From assembly GCA_964016885.1 (NCBI GenBank), contig OZ024741.1, positions 77,500,001 through 77,564,000 of the forward strand: DNA of 64,000 nucleotides. The letters are read 5' to 3'. This document shows, in pieces, positions 1 to 12,210 of this stretch. A model generated the notes under the pieces. That model saw only the letters and a program-made list of their open reading frames with translations, ran no database searches and was not told the origin of the DNA. The position numbers were made by a program, and so were the translations under genes. Every line of letters starts with the position of its first letter. The stretch's first letter is position 1. This DNA is from Eledone cirrhosa (lineage: Eukaryota).

Positions 1-28
1 TTTATATATATATATATATATATATATA
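1..28. repeat. (TA)n microsatellite
   Basis: TA run at the window start. Confidence 0.9.
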
Positions 29-1215
29 TTCCAATATTGGTGTATACAATTTTCGTCCTGTTTTCCAGTCAATTAAGCCGCATAATTCCTCCTACCTGTA
101 TTATTTTTCTGTATTCGTTTCAGGTCAGTCTGATGATTTAAACAAGTAACAGAATAAAAAATGTAGTTGAATAAATTATATTGCAATCAGATGGAGGGGA
201 ATGGAAAAGAGGAAGAGAGAAGGATGCTGGTGGAGGAGGGGAATGTTTTGTGTTGGACTCTTTCTTGGAGAGAGGAGTTTTTTTGTTATTCTTTTATTCT
301 TTTGCTATATATACAAACATACATGCATTCATCCATCCATCCATCTATACATACATACAAACATATGTATGTGTGTGAGAGAAAGAGAGAGAGAGCGTGT
401 ATGTGTGTCTGTGTGTGTGGGGGGGGGGGGGTTCAGTAAAAATGTTTTGGTGAAAAACAAGAGTTGGCAGGAAAAAGCTCTTTACATTCGTAGTGTGTAG
501 TTACGATGGAGATTCAGTACAAGAATAACATTAAAACAGATGCTGATATTACATAAATCGTTTATTCATTATAATTATTTCAATGGTTCCTTATGCAATC
601 TCAGATGCAATTTATGCATTTGTTTTTTGGTATGGGAACGATATCTTCAGATGAAATAACCGTTTATGTGATATGCTACAGGCAAAAAAAATACATGTCC
701 TTCTTTTCGCTTGGATAGACGTACATGCTCGCCGGCATATCACAATAATTGTATAACTGCACCTATGATAGTGTAAGGATCTGACAAAGTCACATGAATA
801 ACCATGTAACAGAAATAGAAAATAGAGGTCCGATTCGATACGGGGACAGCCTGCTAATGTGCTGTTATATCGATAGCCAGGGGCCCGAATATCACATTAT
901 CAGTTAATGCCAGCATTGTGGGCTAGTAGGCGTGGAGGAGGTGTGGGTTTTCAAGTGACGACAGAAATAAATCCGTCCTTAGAAAATACCATTCATTATT
1001 TATAACCTCTATTTTTCTATCTTCTATCTTCTATTCTCTGTATGGGTTCGACGTAATCATGCTATATAATTCTGCAAATAACACCTGATGAAATCGTCTA
1101 GTCATGCATCATAATCGGGTGATAGGGCAGGGTCATTGAAATATGTATACTGCTTTCGCGAAAATAAAATTCTAAAGTAAATTTTCCAGTCCGTCCTTCT
1201 GTTGCTGTTTTATTG

Positions 1216-1302
<87 letters not shown>

Positions 1303-1312
1303 ACACACACAC

Positions 1313-1384
<72 letters not shown>

Positions 1385-1390
1385 ACACAC

Positions 1391-1435
<45 letters not shown>

Positions 1436-1457
1436 TATATATATTTATATATATATA

Positions 1458-1502
<45 letters not shown>
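1216..1502. repeat. compound (TA)n/(CA)n microsatellite
   Basis: Alternating CA and TA tracts; source of the spurious HT/YI/CV ORFs. Confidence 0.95.
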
Positions 1503-1507
<5 letters not shown>

Positions 1508-1605
1508 GGCCCCAAAAAATGTATACGCACTTTGATTAGAAAACTTCAATGTATTTGCCAACATGATAGCGACCACTCAAGATTCCTCACATTTACCGCT
1601 TCTCA

Positions 1606-1740
<135 letters not shown>

Positions 1741-1840
1741 TTTCTTAAATAACTCTGGTGTTTATAACACCTTTACAGGTGAGATAATTACATACTTCAC
1801 ACTGATAAATCAATAGGCTTTATAAAGAAAGTTTAAGTGC

Positions 1841-2332
1841 TGTTGTTGTTGTGGTGGTAGTGGTGGTAGTAGTGGTGGTGGTGGTGATGGTAGTGGTGAT
1901 GGTAGTGGTGGTGGTAGTGGTGGTGGTAGTAGTGGTAGTAGTAGTAGTGGTGGTGGCAGTGATAGTGATGGTGGTCATGGAGGTGATGGTAGTGGTGGTG
2001 GTAGCGGTGGTGGTAGTAGTGGTGGTGGTAGTAGTGGTGGTGGTGGTAGTGATGGTGGTATGGTGGTGGTAGTGGGGGGTGCTAGTGGTGGTATTGGTGG
2101 TATTGGTGGTGGTATTGGTGGTATTGGTGGTGGGGTAGTGTTGGTAGTAGTGGTGGTGGTAGTGGTGATGGTAGTAGAGGTGGTGGTAGTGGTGGTGGTG
2201 GTAGTAGAGGTGGTGGTAGTGGTGGTGTTTGTAGTGGTGATAGTGGTGGTGGTGGTGGTGGTAGTGGTCGTGGTGGTAGTGGTGGTGGTGGTAGTGGTAG
2301 TGGTGGTGGTAGTTGTGGTGGTAGTGGTGGTG
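1841..2332. repeat. imperfect (GTG/GTA)n trinucleotide repeat
   Basis: About 490 bp of GTG/GTA/GGT triplets; poly-Val ORFs are artefacts. Confidence 0.95.
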
Positions 2333-2901
2333 TGGGCTTGTTACTGCTTTGTCGTTATTTTTACATCAATTAGTCAATACTTTAGTGGAATGGTTTCCTT
2401 TCGTTGTTGTTGTCGTGGCTGCTGTTGATGTTGATGTTATTATTGCTGCTGTTGCTGTCGTTGTTGTCATTATTGTAGCTGCTGTTAATTCTAAATCAAA
2501 CCTGCTCAAGCAGATATATGACCACAGGCATTCCAGTCATGACCACCTCGTCTTTTTCAGGGTATATCTAGGACGAAATTGTCCAGTGTCTCATTTTTAT
2601 ATTTAAGATGGCAAAGACTCACTCGAGACAAATTTGACAGTCTTTTCTAGCATGTCGAACGTCTATGTAGAGGTTCTTTCGCTGGTTGACTTGTTATTTT
2701 TCTACTGCTGCCACAAGTGAATCCGATGTCTTTGGTGATTTTGTATTGGTGTTCAAGATGATGTTATTGGTGGAGGAGTAATTATCTGAAAAATGTGGGA
2801 TGGTGATCGCTGGAATACCTTTGATAATAAACCTATTCGATCAGGACAGACATGAGAATACACTCACATATTTTGGGTGTATATATATATATACACATAT
2901 A

Positions 2902-3476
2902 TGTAGCGAAATCTGTTCGCGCCTTGAACTTTGGGTGATACCTAAAGATCAAATTCTAGGTCACATCATTTATTGTGTTAACAGGTTGATGCTTTGGTTG
3001 CCCCTCAAGGTGGGGGACAGGAAACGACAGGTATATAAAGCCTGTGCTATCATCCCACTCAAGGAGATACATCGGAACATTTACACCTATAACAAGCTGT
3101 GTAAGGATTTACTGCTATCAATAGACCCAAAGGGTCTACAGACACAGAGATATCGAAGCGCTAGGAACACACCACTATCAACAGACCCCATGAGGCCTAC
3201 AGATACACACAGAGTATCTGTTGATAGTATCTGTTGACAACAGGAGGAACATAATAGTATCACTGATGATATTGCAGATGTGCAACGAAAGAACTTTGTT
3301 AGACTATATATATGTGTTTATATCTATATTATATCTGTATTTTTTACCGTTGGTCAGTCAATGATAAACATTGAGGACCAAATGAATTAACTGTGGAGAT
3401 ATAAAAGATACAGAAGCGAAAACCAACCAAACAGTGAGTGTGTTCTGTTATTATTTCTGGCAATATTATTACAACA
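2902..3476 (+). mobile_element. putative solo LTR
   Basis: Starts TGTAGC after a TA tract and ends ...TTACAACA; TATA-like GTATATAAAG at ~3031; internal direct and inverted repeats; flanks ATATA/ATATG only partly match as a TSD. Confidence 0.3.
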
Positions 3477-4199
3477 ATATGACTCTTCCCAAGTATAATA
3501 TATATATATATATATACTCTCCATAATTCAAACTCTACTGGTGAAACTAACGCAGTATCACAGTTTTCAGCAAGTTGTTGCAAATTGCACTTATCGAAGC
3601 TTACTGCTTTTGCAGAAACCCGGGTCCAGATGTACAAGTTCAAACGCCACATTAAGAATATAGAACTTGGTTAGTACTCTAAGACAGGTTTTGCTCGATG
3701 CAAGTTCATACCATATCTCATTAAGTGAGTAAATGTGAACAAACGGGATTATAGATAATACTATAACCTCATCAATATATATAAATATATATTCCACATA
3801 GCACAAGCGAAACTGCCGACAGTCGGGGATAGAGGAATATCGGTAAACATTTATCTATTATTTCTTCAAACTTACATTTTAAACTCAGCTCCGTTTAATT
3901 GATTATTTATTTGGCATAGGTTAAGAATAACGTTCGCGAAAATGAAAGTCAATTTTCTGACAAGTGAATGTGTTTGTTTTGTTTTTTTATAATGAAAGTT
4001 ACGATACACACGCAATTGTTTATTTACAACAGGTCTCTATAGTGATATGGTGTTAATTAGTATTGCGTGTGTGATTATTTTCTCTTATATGTGTGGGTGT
4101 GTATATGTGTGTATATATATGTGTGTCTGTATGTATATATATATGTGTGTTTGTATATATATATGTGTTTGTGTCATCATCATCGTTTAGATGTTTTTA

Positions 4200-4625
4200 T
4201 CCAAATCCCTTATCATTCTCTGTCCTTCTTATGACCCGGCCTTAATTTCTTTATAGTTGGTGCCAACTTTGGCAAGATATTGTAGCTTTTCCCTCACTAC
4301 TTAGGCCCTACTCGGCTTTCTTCACTGCTTTCGCTATTGTTGCCACAGACGTCTATGTTTTGCCAATACCACCACCCTCGCCAGTTCTAACAATTATTCC
4401 TTCTTCCGTTATCACTCTTTCGTCGGCACCTCCACTAAAGTCGTCTATACCCTTCAGTGATCGCTTTGCGGTTCCATTTACATCGGACAAACAGGCCGCT
4501 GTCTCGTGGACCGATTCGCAGAGCACCTGAGAGATATCTGACTGGAAAATAATACTTCGGCCACCCACCACTTCCGTTTTCCCCTAATCACTCCACCTGG
4601 GGCTTATAAGTTTTCGATCTCATCT
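4200..4625 (+). pseudogene. Penelope-like element fragment, GIY-YIG endonuclease (decayed)
   Basis: Frame from 4419 reads FVGTSTKVVYTLQ*SLCGSIYIGQTGRCLVDRFAEHLRDI*LENNTSATHHF, the VVY...YIGQTGR...RFxEH signature of PLE GIY-YIG nucleases; in-frame stops; boundaries approximate. Confidence 0.8.
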
Positions 4626-5265
4626 CACACACTGGGGGTGTATGCGTGTGTGTTTGTTGTGTTGTGTGTACTTACATGTATTTAAATGCACATATATACA
4701 CACTAATATTTTTAAAACATATTCATGCTTGATGGCTGTGGTACAAGACCCTCATGGAACATGATGTAACTGGCCCTTATACTTCCGGCAAAGCTCCAGG
4801 CCCACAGAGGTACTCTAAATAACTCATCGCAACTGACTAGCTGGCACACACACGCTCACATACATATATTTCACTACTACCCTCATTTCCTCCATTTCCA
4901 ACTCCACTCTGGTTATATCACGCCACCTGGTTCATGAATTTGGACTAAAGAGAGTTTTCTTCACAATATTTCATTGTTTTTACAAATGGAGAGAACATAT
5001 TTATTTATTAATACTTTTTCAATCTGCTACTAAGAATATAGAAAATGTGATTAAAAAACTGTACAATACACATGGTAAGAAGGAAACAAAAAAAGGAAAA
5101 AGTAAGAAAAAAGGAAATAAGCAACAAAATGAAAGGTGAAAGGATCGTTAACATCAAGATTCTATGTTTTTAATTCTGTGTTAGTGCTAAAAGTATGTAA
5201 CCTGTGCAATATTTTCTTTCTCCAAGTAAGAAACAAATTTCAATTCATTAAAAATTATTTACATA

Positions 5266-5418
5266 GGCTCTATAAGTAATTCGCTTCACAACCAGTTAGT
5301 TCTGAGTTCAGTCCTGCTGCGTGTATCTCAGGCAAGTGTGTTCTAATATAACTTCAAGTTGACCAACGTCTTGTAAGTGGGATTTGGAAGACGGGCAACT
5401 GCAGAAGCCTGCCGTATA
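5266..5418 (+). mobile_element. old tRNA-derived SINE (CORE-like), diverged
   Basis: B-box-like GAGTTCAGTCC followed by CORE-like CTCAGGCAAGT, ending in a simple-repeat tail. Confidence 0.5.
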
Positions 5419-5502
5419 TTGTCTCACATGAGTTATCTCCCTTAGATATTATGTAATTATGTTACAATGTTCTTGGAATGCGATGTTATTTCTTAACTGT
5501 TA

Positions 5503-5503
5503 C

Positions 5504-5536
<33 letters not shown>

Positions 5537-5557
5537 CGCGCGCGCGCGCGTGCATGC

Positions 5558-5588
<31 letters not shown>

Positions 5589-5592
5589 TGTG
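5503..5592. repeat. (TG)n(CG)n alternating purine-pyrimidine tract
   Basis: Direct reading. Confidence 0.9.
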
Positions 5593-5984
5593 TCCATGTG
5601 TATGCATAGGTGTGTACAAAAGAGAAAGAGAAAGAGGACCTGTATGTGTTTTATTATGGACTACAAATCATTTTCCAAATATCATCTCTAATTTCATACT
5701 CAACAATTGTCTACAGATAATATAATTTTATCACAAAACATGTTAATATGTACGGAGCCGTACACAGACACACATGCATATGAAAAGTAGAAGATGGAGG
5801 GGAGTTAAATAAATAGACAGCAGTAGCGAAGCTACTTCAATTTGCCTTCTGTCTTCCGGTTCCCCTATATACTCAAGTGTATACAACAGATCCAAATGTG
5901 TAGGGGGGGGGACACGTATGTAGGTGTATATATGTGTATGTATGTATGTATGTATGTATTATGTATGTATGCATGTATGTATGT

Positions 5985-6150
5985 CAGGTCACTCTTGAGT
6001 GCTACTGGTAACATGTAACCTTGTCAAACAGTCGGGTCGATGGCAACTAAACCAGCAACCCACTAAGCTTTGGACACCCTGCGGGATGAAAAACAATACC
6101 CAACAAGAGGGTGGAGGAACTCATGAGAGTCAATGGTCATCCAATAGTAT
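5985..6150 (+). repeat. interspersed repeat hosting the LTR insertion; continues at 8553-8640
   Basis: TTTGGACACCCTGC...GAACTCATGAGAGTCAATGGTCATCC is shared with 11790-11862; downstream GCGCAGGGACATAGAAATA (~8610) is shared with ~11938. Confidence 0.7.
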
Positions 6151-6584
6151 TGTAGTGACCTACGTTCCGCGGGCTCACATACATTCTCTGTGCGTAATTT
6201 GGCTCAGCTCAGCCAATCAGCGCCAGTAGAAGAGAATGTATCTCTGCGCGCCCTGAGGGAAAAGTTCCCGCGTTGATTTGAAGAATCAGTCTCTCGCTTC
6301 CTGACTGTGAAAAGGAAAACAACTAACTTTCTTTCGTTGTGAAATCACTAGCCAACATGTAACAGTGAGATTTTGCACTTTGGCCTGCCGGCCTTCCTTG
6401 GGCCTGGCACAATGGCACATTCCCTTTTGTAACCTCATTTTATGTGTAACTTCAACGATACAAGTTAACAAACATTATTTGTGCTGCAACAAAAATAAAC
6501 ATACATTTCATCTCTAATTTCTGCTGTTGACATCATTATTATGTTATTCGTGTACCAATAACATTAATATACTATGCTGCTAAA
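6151..6584 (+). repeat. 5' LTR of non-autonomous element
   Basis: Direct repeat of 8008-8552; AATAAA at ~6494. Confidence 0.9.
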
Positions 6585-6586
6585 AG

Positions 6587-6604
6587 TGGTGACCCCGACG
6601 TGAT
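6587..6604 (+). promoter_or_regulatory. primer binding site complementary to tRNA-Trp
   Basis: TGGTGACCCCGACGTGAT, the 18-nt tRNA-Trp PBS, 2 nt after the LTR. Confidence 0.9.
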
Positions 6605-7994
6605 GAATATTTTCAGTTCAAAATATTCCTTTTGAAATAAAATTAAAATTGGCAGTGTATGTATAAAAAAAAACATTTACGCCACGAGTAAATTTCAAAA
6701 TGGCTACCACCAAGTACTTCTCTACTACCAGCCATCAGCAGCAACACATGGCTAACTACTAACCAACACCAGGGAATGGTGATGTGGCAGCTTGTAACTT
6801 AACCGACGCAACCACCATACCTTCTGTCTCGTTACCACAGGGACTCGAGATATTAAGACATCAGTCTTCTCACCACTATGGCGTCAGACGTGATTGCCAT
6901 ATTGGTGACTCTAGGCTCTTCAACGCTCGACTTCGATTCTACAGAAGATTCATTGTGACTTTGCTTTAACAACAACAACAATTCTACTAGCTTCCTAGTA
7001 AGAGCGATCCCAAAGAAATTTCAAAGAAAAGAAAAGCGAACTTTTTGTTAAAAGAAAGGAAACAATTCTTTCTTTCTTCCTTTTTTTTTTCAGGCAATGT
7101 TTGGACATTTAGTTTTTTTAAACTGGATTATATGGAAATTTATTTTTTTCTATCATTGTATATATGACTGCATCATTTTCTTTATCCTTGTATATATGAC
7201 TGCACCCACACATTTTCTTTGCTGTATTACATACCTGCATATGCACACATTTCTTTGTCGCCCACCAACATGTTGTTGTCTATAGTATATGATCTCCAAG
7301 CGTCGTAATATTCTGCGAGATCCCTTTTCACCTGGTAGAGGTATAAAAACATGCTAGCGACTCATAGAGCTTAATTCACCTGGATTCAAACATGCACCGC
7401 AACACGAGAACTGCTAATTGCAGCTGGATTCAAACAGCTTCGCATCTCATTGCACACTCACCGTCCATAACAAAACAACCTCCATCTGGTTACCTTACCC
7501 GACTCACTGGGAAAACAACAAATGGAACTGGACTTGTCAGCATTTCCACCATTGCTGTGGATTCGCCGGAATTATGGAATTTACACTGCAACTACTACCC
7601 ACCTACAGATTCAACTTTCTTTTTTTCTTTTCAAAGCAACCAGCCATTTTTTCCTGGCTGCCTAGCACTTTCGGTAATACATCTGGGAGGCCGACATTTT
7701 CTCGCCTACCCATCATCTTGCCAGCACTGGTAAACTACCATAATAGCTTCATCCACAGCTACTGGTACAACACTTACCATTAACATGTCAGACTTTATCC
7801 GTTTTCTGTTAGACCTTTGGTGGTCACGTATAAACTACAAAACAGCTAGTCATTTGACACAGCGGCTCAACACGGCCCTTAGCGCCTCATTTTTTTTCTT
7901 GCATGCATTCTTCTGTTCAATTTTTTTTTTTTCACTGATGTGCTCTTTCAGCATTTTTTTCTGCTGATTCAATCATCCGTATCGTCTTACGTCT

Positions 7995-8004
7995 AGAGGG
8001 GGAG
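7995..8004 (+). promoter_or_regulatory. polypurine tract
   Basis: AGAGGGGGAG just before the 3' LTR. Confidence 0.8.
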
Positions 8005-8007
8005 TAT

Positions 8008-8552
8008 TGTAGTGACCTACGTTCCGCGGGCTCACATACATTCTCTGTGCGTGATTTGGCTCAGCTCAGCCAATCAGCGCCAGTAGAAGAGAATGTATCT
8101 CAGCGCGCCCCGAGGGAAAAGTTCCCGCGTTGATTTGAAGAATCAGTCTCTCGCTTCCTTACTGTGAAAAGGAAAACAATTAACTTTCTTTCGTCGTGAA
8201 ATCACTAGCCAACATGTAACGGTGAGATTTTGCACTTTGGCCTGCCGGCCTTCCTTGGGCCTGGCACAATGGCACATTCCCTTTTGTAACTTCATTTTAT
8301 GTGTAACTTCAACCATACAAGTTAACAAACATTATTTGTGCTGCAACAAAAATAAACATACATTTCATCTCTAATTTCTGCTGTTGACAGAGTTCAAATC
8401 CCGTCGAGGTTAACTTTGCCTTTCATCCTAACGGGGGTCGATAAAATAAAGAACCAGTAATACACTGGCATGTTTGCTGGCCTTGTGCCTATTGTAGAAA
8501 CAATTATTATGTTACTCGTGTATCAATAACATTAATATACTATGCTGCTAAA
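8008..8552 (+). repeat. 3' LTR of non-autonomous element (interrupted by a SINE)
   Basis: Direct repeat of 6151-6584 plus a ~115-bp insert. Confidence 0.9.
8390..8503 (+). mobile_element. 5'-truncated tRNA-derived SINE inside the 3' LTR
   Basis: GAGTTCAAATCCCG...GCCTTTCATCC...GGTCGATAAAATAA...GCTGGCCTTGTGCC...AGAAACAATTATT; absent from the 5' LTR. Confidence 0.9.
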
Positions 8553-8989
8553 GTATGTACATATGTATGTAGACATATATGTGTGTGTGTGAACATATAC
8601 ATAAACTATGCGCAGGGACATAGAAATACTCGGGTTGGTGTCTGAGTGCTGAGTGCGTAGTTATCCCACTGGGAGTGAGAGACCTCTGGTCCTTGTTAGG
8701 AATCTCTCTAGGAGAGTAAAAACTCTGATACATAACCTGCGGCTCATTAGTAACCAATGATGTTGATCTGTTTTCGGATTATATATATTGTTGCTCATTG
8801 AGTGGCATTGGTCTAGTGCAAGGCCTTTCCGCACTATAAAAAGCTTCATGCACAGGCATCACTCAATATCATAGGATCTTTAAATGATGTGAATGGCTGA
8901 CTGTTGCCTTAAAAGGTGACCTGATGAAAATGAACGCTCGAAATTTCGAAGTAAATAGCAATAAGGGCTCTGGAACAGCATCTAGTGAC

Positions 8990-11712
8990 AGGATCTGGCC
9001 CGGCAGGTGTCCTGGGACACTGCAGCCTAAGCCCCAGTCAACATCTCAATACTACAGTGAAACCCTTGAAACCTTTGAAACCTTTAAATATTGGTTGCTG
9101 GAATATGAGGAGGCTGCATGACACTATTTCTTCAGAACATCCTGAGATGAGATCAAAAAGCTACGTCGCTACAACCTGGACATTGTTAATCTATCGGAAA
9201 CTCGTTTGCAGAGTGGAAGTTAAAGAACGGAATACGTTGGTAACTACAGTTTCTTTTGGAAAGGTGGAGTGGGAATGGGGGGGGGGGGGGGTCAAAATGA
9301 AAGTTGGAATGGCCTTTGCAGTAAAATCAGAACATGCCCAGGCTTGAGGCATTCCCATTAGCTATAAACGAGTGTTTGATGACCATGAGAATTCTACTGC
9401 AAAAAGATACTTATGTGACTTTAGTATCTGCAGTATCTGCATTTGTCATTCTTGGTGACCTTAATGCTATGGTAGGTAAAGACCCCGAAACATGGAGTGT
9501 GATTGGCAAGCTTGGTGTTGGTCATTACAACCGTAATGGGCAGCTATTGTTACAAATGTCCGAGGAGATGGGGTTATGCATAACTATCACTATGTTCCGG
9601 CAAAAGGATAAGTTTAAAACTACTTGGATGCAAACAGAACCTAAACAATGGCACTTGTTGGATTATATTATTATGCGGAAGTGTGGATTGGCAGTATCGG
9701 TAGAGGGTCGGACGCCATGCTTTGACGTACAGAGTTACGGCCCTTGCCATTCTGAGTTCAAATCCCGCCGAGGTCGATAAAATAAAGTACCAGTAATACA
9801 CTGGGTAATTGCTGGCCTTGTGCCAAAATTAGAAACAATTATTATGCGGAAGTGTGATGTTCGTGACGCTTGGTCGATCAGGGTCCTTCATAGGGCTGAA
9901 TGTTGTACGGACCATCGCTTAGTTCGTGTATAACTTAAACTTGTATGTAAAGCAAGAATAAAATCTTCCCTGTGACTGTACCCAAAAGATTGAATGTCTC
10001 ATGTTTGAGGAACAAAAGTATTCTGGAAGAGTACAAGAATGCCACTAACCATCTCGAGTGTGAGGACAACTGGCCGTCTTTTAAAGAGGCACTTTACAGT
10101 GTTGGTGCTGAGATTATCAATTATGTGAAGGAAAGCCATCAGAACTGGTTCAAGGAGAATCATATGGAGATATAAAAGATCTTGCAAGAGAAAAGAACGG
10201 TTTTGTTGAGCCTTCTTAATGACAGACATAATGCTATGGAATATAAAAGGTTGATAGGCAACTTGAAAGGCAATCAAGGTGTGAATCAAGAAGAACGCTT
10301 CGTCAGATGAAGGATGTATGGTGGAATAAGAAGACCGATGAAATTCAGCTACATCAGATTCTCATAACACAAAACAAATGTATACTCCTTCGTGCGATTT
10401 AAAGACCAGCTTCTTGCCTGATTGCACCTCTTCGCAATAAGGACGGAAATGAGCTTGTCCGGGATTGGGTATCCTAAGGAGGTGGCAACAACATTTTGAT
10501 GATCTTCTTAATCTGCCTTTGAATATTGATGAGGAGTCTATAAACAGCCTTCCTGACAACTCTGTGATGTATGCCTTGGCCAATGGAGTAAGTGGATACA
10601 GCAGTGACTAAACTAAACAGTGGTAAACCTTCTGGAATTAGTGCAGAACTTCTGAAATATGGAGGTGAGAACCTACTGAAACAATTTCATGTCATCATAC
10701 ATGGCATCTGGAACAATGAAACTGTTTCCCCTGATTGGCGAAATCAAATTATATAAGGGTAAGGGTAATAAAGACGAATGTGGCAGCTATTGAAGCATAT
10801 CTTCGCTCTCTGTGGTATGGAAGGTTTTGTGCGGGATTTTGTTGGATCGGTCGCTTACGTATATTGTCAGAGATGCTCTTCCAGAATCCCAATTTGGTTT
10901 TCGTAGGGAACGGCTGAAAACCAATACAGGGAGCCTAATATCTTTGTGTATGGAAAGTGACTTGGGATAGTTAAAAAGTTTGTTTATCTTGGAAGCACTG
11001 TGAATAGGTCTTGCAAACTGGATGATGAAGTGAATCTCAAAATTCAAAAAGCAAGTCATGCTTTTGGAAAGTTTGAAGCGCGTCAATGGCCCCAGCATGA
11101 GATCTCACTGCAGACGAAAGTAAAAGTGTTCAATGCAAGTGTTGTCACATCGTTACTGTACACTTGTGAAACATGAGTAACTTACAGGCATCATTACAAA
11201 CAACTTGAGAGGTTTCATTAAATGGGTCTCAGGATGATTGCTGGAATTGACTGGAGACACCATGTAAATGAGACCGAGGTTCTTGAGAAATTTAAAAAGG
11301 ATGTCAGAAAGGGTCTTGCTGTCGTTTCACCACAACAAACTGGTGAGGACCATAGTTTAACATGCAAAATTTGTAACAGATTCTGCTTCAGCATGGCTGG
11401 TACGAAAAGTCATCTTCGTAGTCATGAATATAAAGCTCCTTTCGAATTGCCTGGACCTAAAATACAACTTATATATGCAGAACCTGTGAGAAAGAATCCA
11501 GGTCTGCTGGCGGCCTAAAAAGGCACATCAAAATACATAATGAGCCTCAAGAGTATTATATCGAGAGTGTTACACACCTGCCAACTCTGCACAAAACACT
11601 GTAAGTCACTTGCAGGCCTAAAAAGCCACATCCTTTCGCAGAACCCACAACTCAAGCTGATGTCGTTTGATAGCCTTACTGATGTCGTTTGATGCACGGG
11701 GTGCCTGCCATC

Positions 11713-11715
<3 letters not shown>
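8990..11715 (+). pseudogene. decayed RTE-like LINE (APE, partly deleted RT, three C-terminal C2H2 fingers)
   Basis: NIGCWNMRRL, ILGDLNAMVG, NRNGQLLL, WHLLDYII (APE); QFGFR joined almost directly to FVYLGS (RT core deleted); C2H2 motifs at 11360-11640; (TATG)n tail. Confidence 0.85.
9686..9837 (+). mobile_element. tRNA-derived SINE with 19-bp TSD
   Basis: A box TGGCAGTATCGG, B box GAGTTCAAATCC; TSD ATTATTATGCGGAAGTGTG at 9667-9685 and 9838-9856; ~27-bp internal deletion relative to other copies. Confidence 0.92.
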
Positions 11716-11745
<30 letters not shown>

Positions 11746-11782
11746 TGTATGTATGTATGTATGTATGTATGTATGTATGTAT
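11714..11782. repeat. (TATG)n tetranucleotide, tail of the decayed LINE
   Basis: Direct reading. Confidence 0.9.
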
Positions 11783-11990
11783 GAGGGTGTTTTTGGACAC
11801 CCTGCAGGACAAAAAACAAAACCTGACAAAGAGCAGAACTCATAAGAGTCAACGGCCATCCAAAAATGTGTAAATATGTATATACATGTGTATGGATGTA
11901 TATATATGTATAAACATGTATGTATGTGTATGTATATGCGCGGGGACATAGAAATAATTGAGCTGGATACCCGATCGCGCGGTTAAACCA
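11783..11990 (+). repeat. interspersed repeat, uninterrupted paralog of 5985-6150/8553-8640
   Basis: Same motifs in the same order without the LTR element. Confidence 0.65.
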
Positions 11991-12064
11991 CTTTAAAAAA
12001 TCTTCACGCACAGGCATTTCACGATAGCATTAATTGATAATTACTAATAATTTCATATCATGCA

Positions 12065-12210
12065 ATGGCTATACTCGATAACGAGGGGAAAGCCATCATA
12101 TATGTATGTATGTATATATGTATGCATGTATGTATGCATGCATGCATGTATGTATGCATGCATGCATGTATGTATGCATGCATGCATGTATGTATGCATG
12201 TATGTATATA
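12065..12210 (+). mobile_element. LINE 3'-end fragment with (TATG/CATG)n tail
   Basis: CTCGATAACGAG hairpin, then GCCATCATATATGTATG, the same terminal motif as at 11708-11724. Confidence 0.5.

Larger units (their letters stand above)
6151..8552 (+). mobile_element. non-autonomous LTR retroelement (Gypsy/CsRn1-type cis signals)
   Basis: Two highly similar LTRs (6151-6584, 8008-8552), TGTA...TAAA ends, 4-bp TSD GTAT, tRNA-Trp PBS and PPT; ~1.4 kb interior with no recognisable pol. Confidence 0.9.

Noticed and set aside
1500-1545. TAGGGTGGCCCCAAAAAATGTATACGCACTTT as a Tc1/mariner-like TIR
   Set aside because: Suggestive, but I found no partner inverted repeat or linked transposase
5503-5592. 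Z-DNA-prone (TG)n(CG)n tract as a regulatory element
   Set aside because: Such tracts are common in this microsatellite-rich context and no promoter is evident nearby
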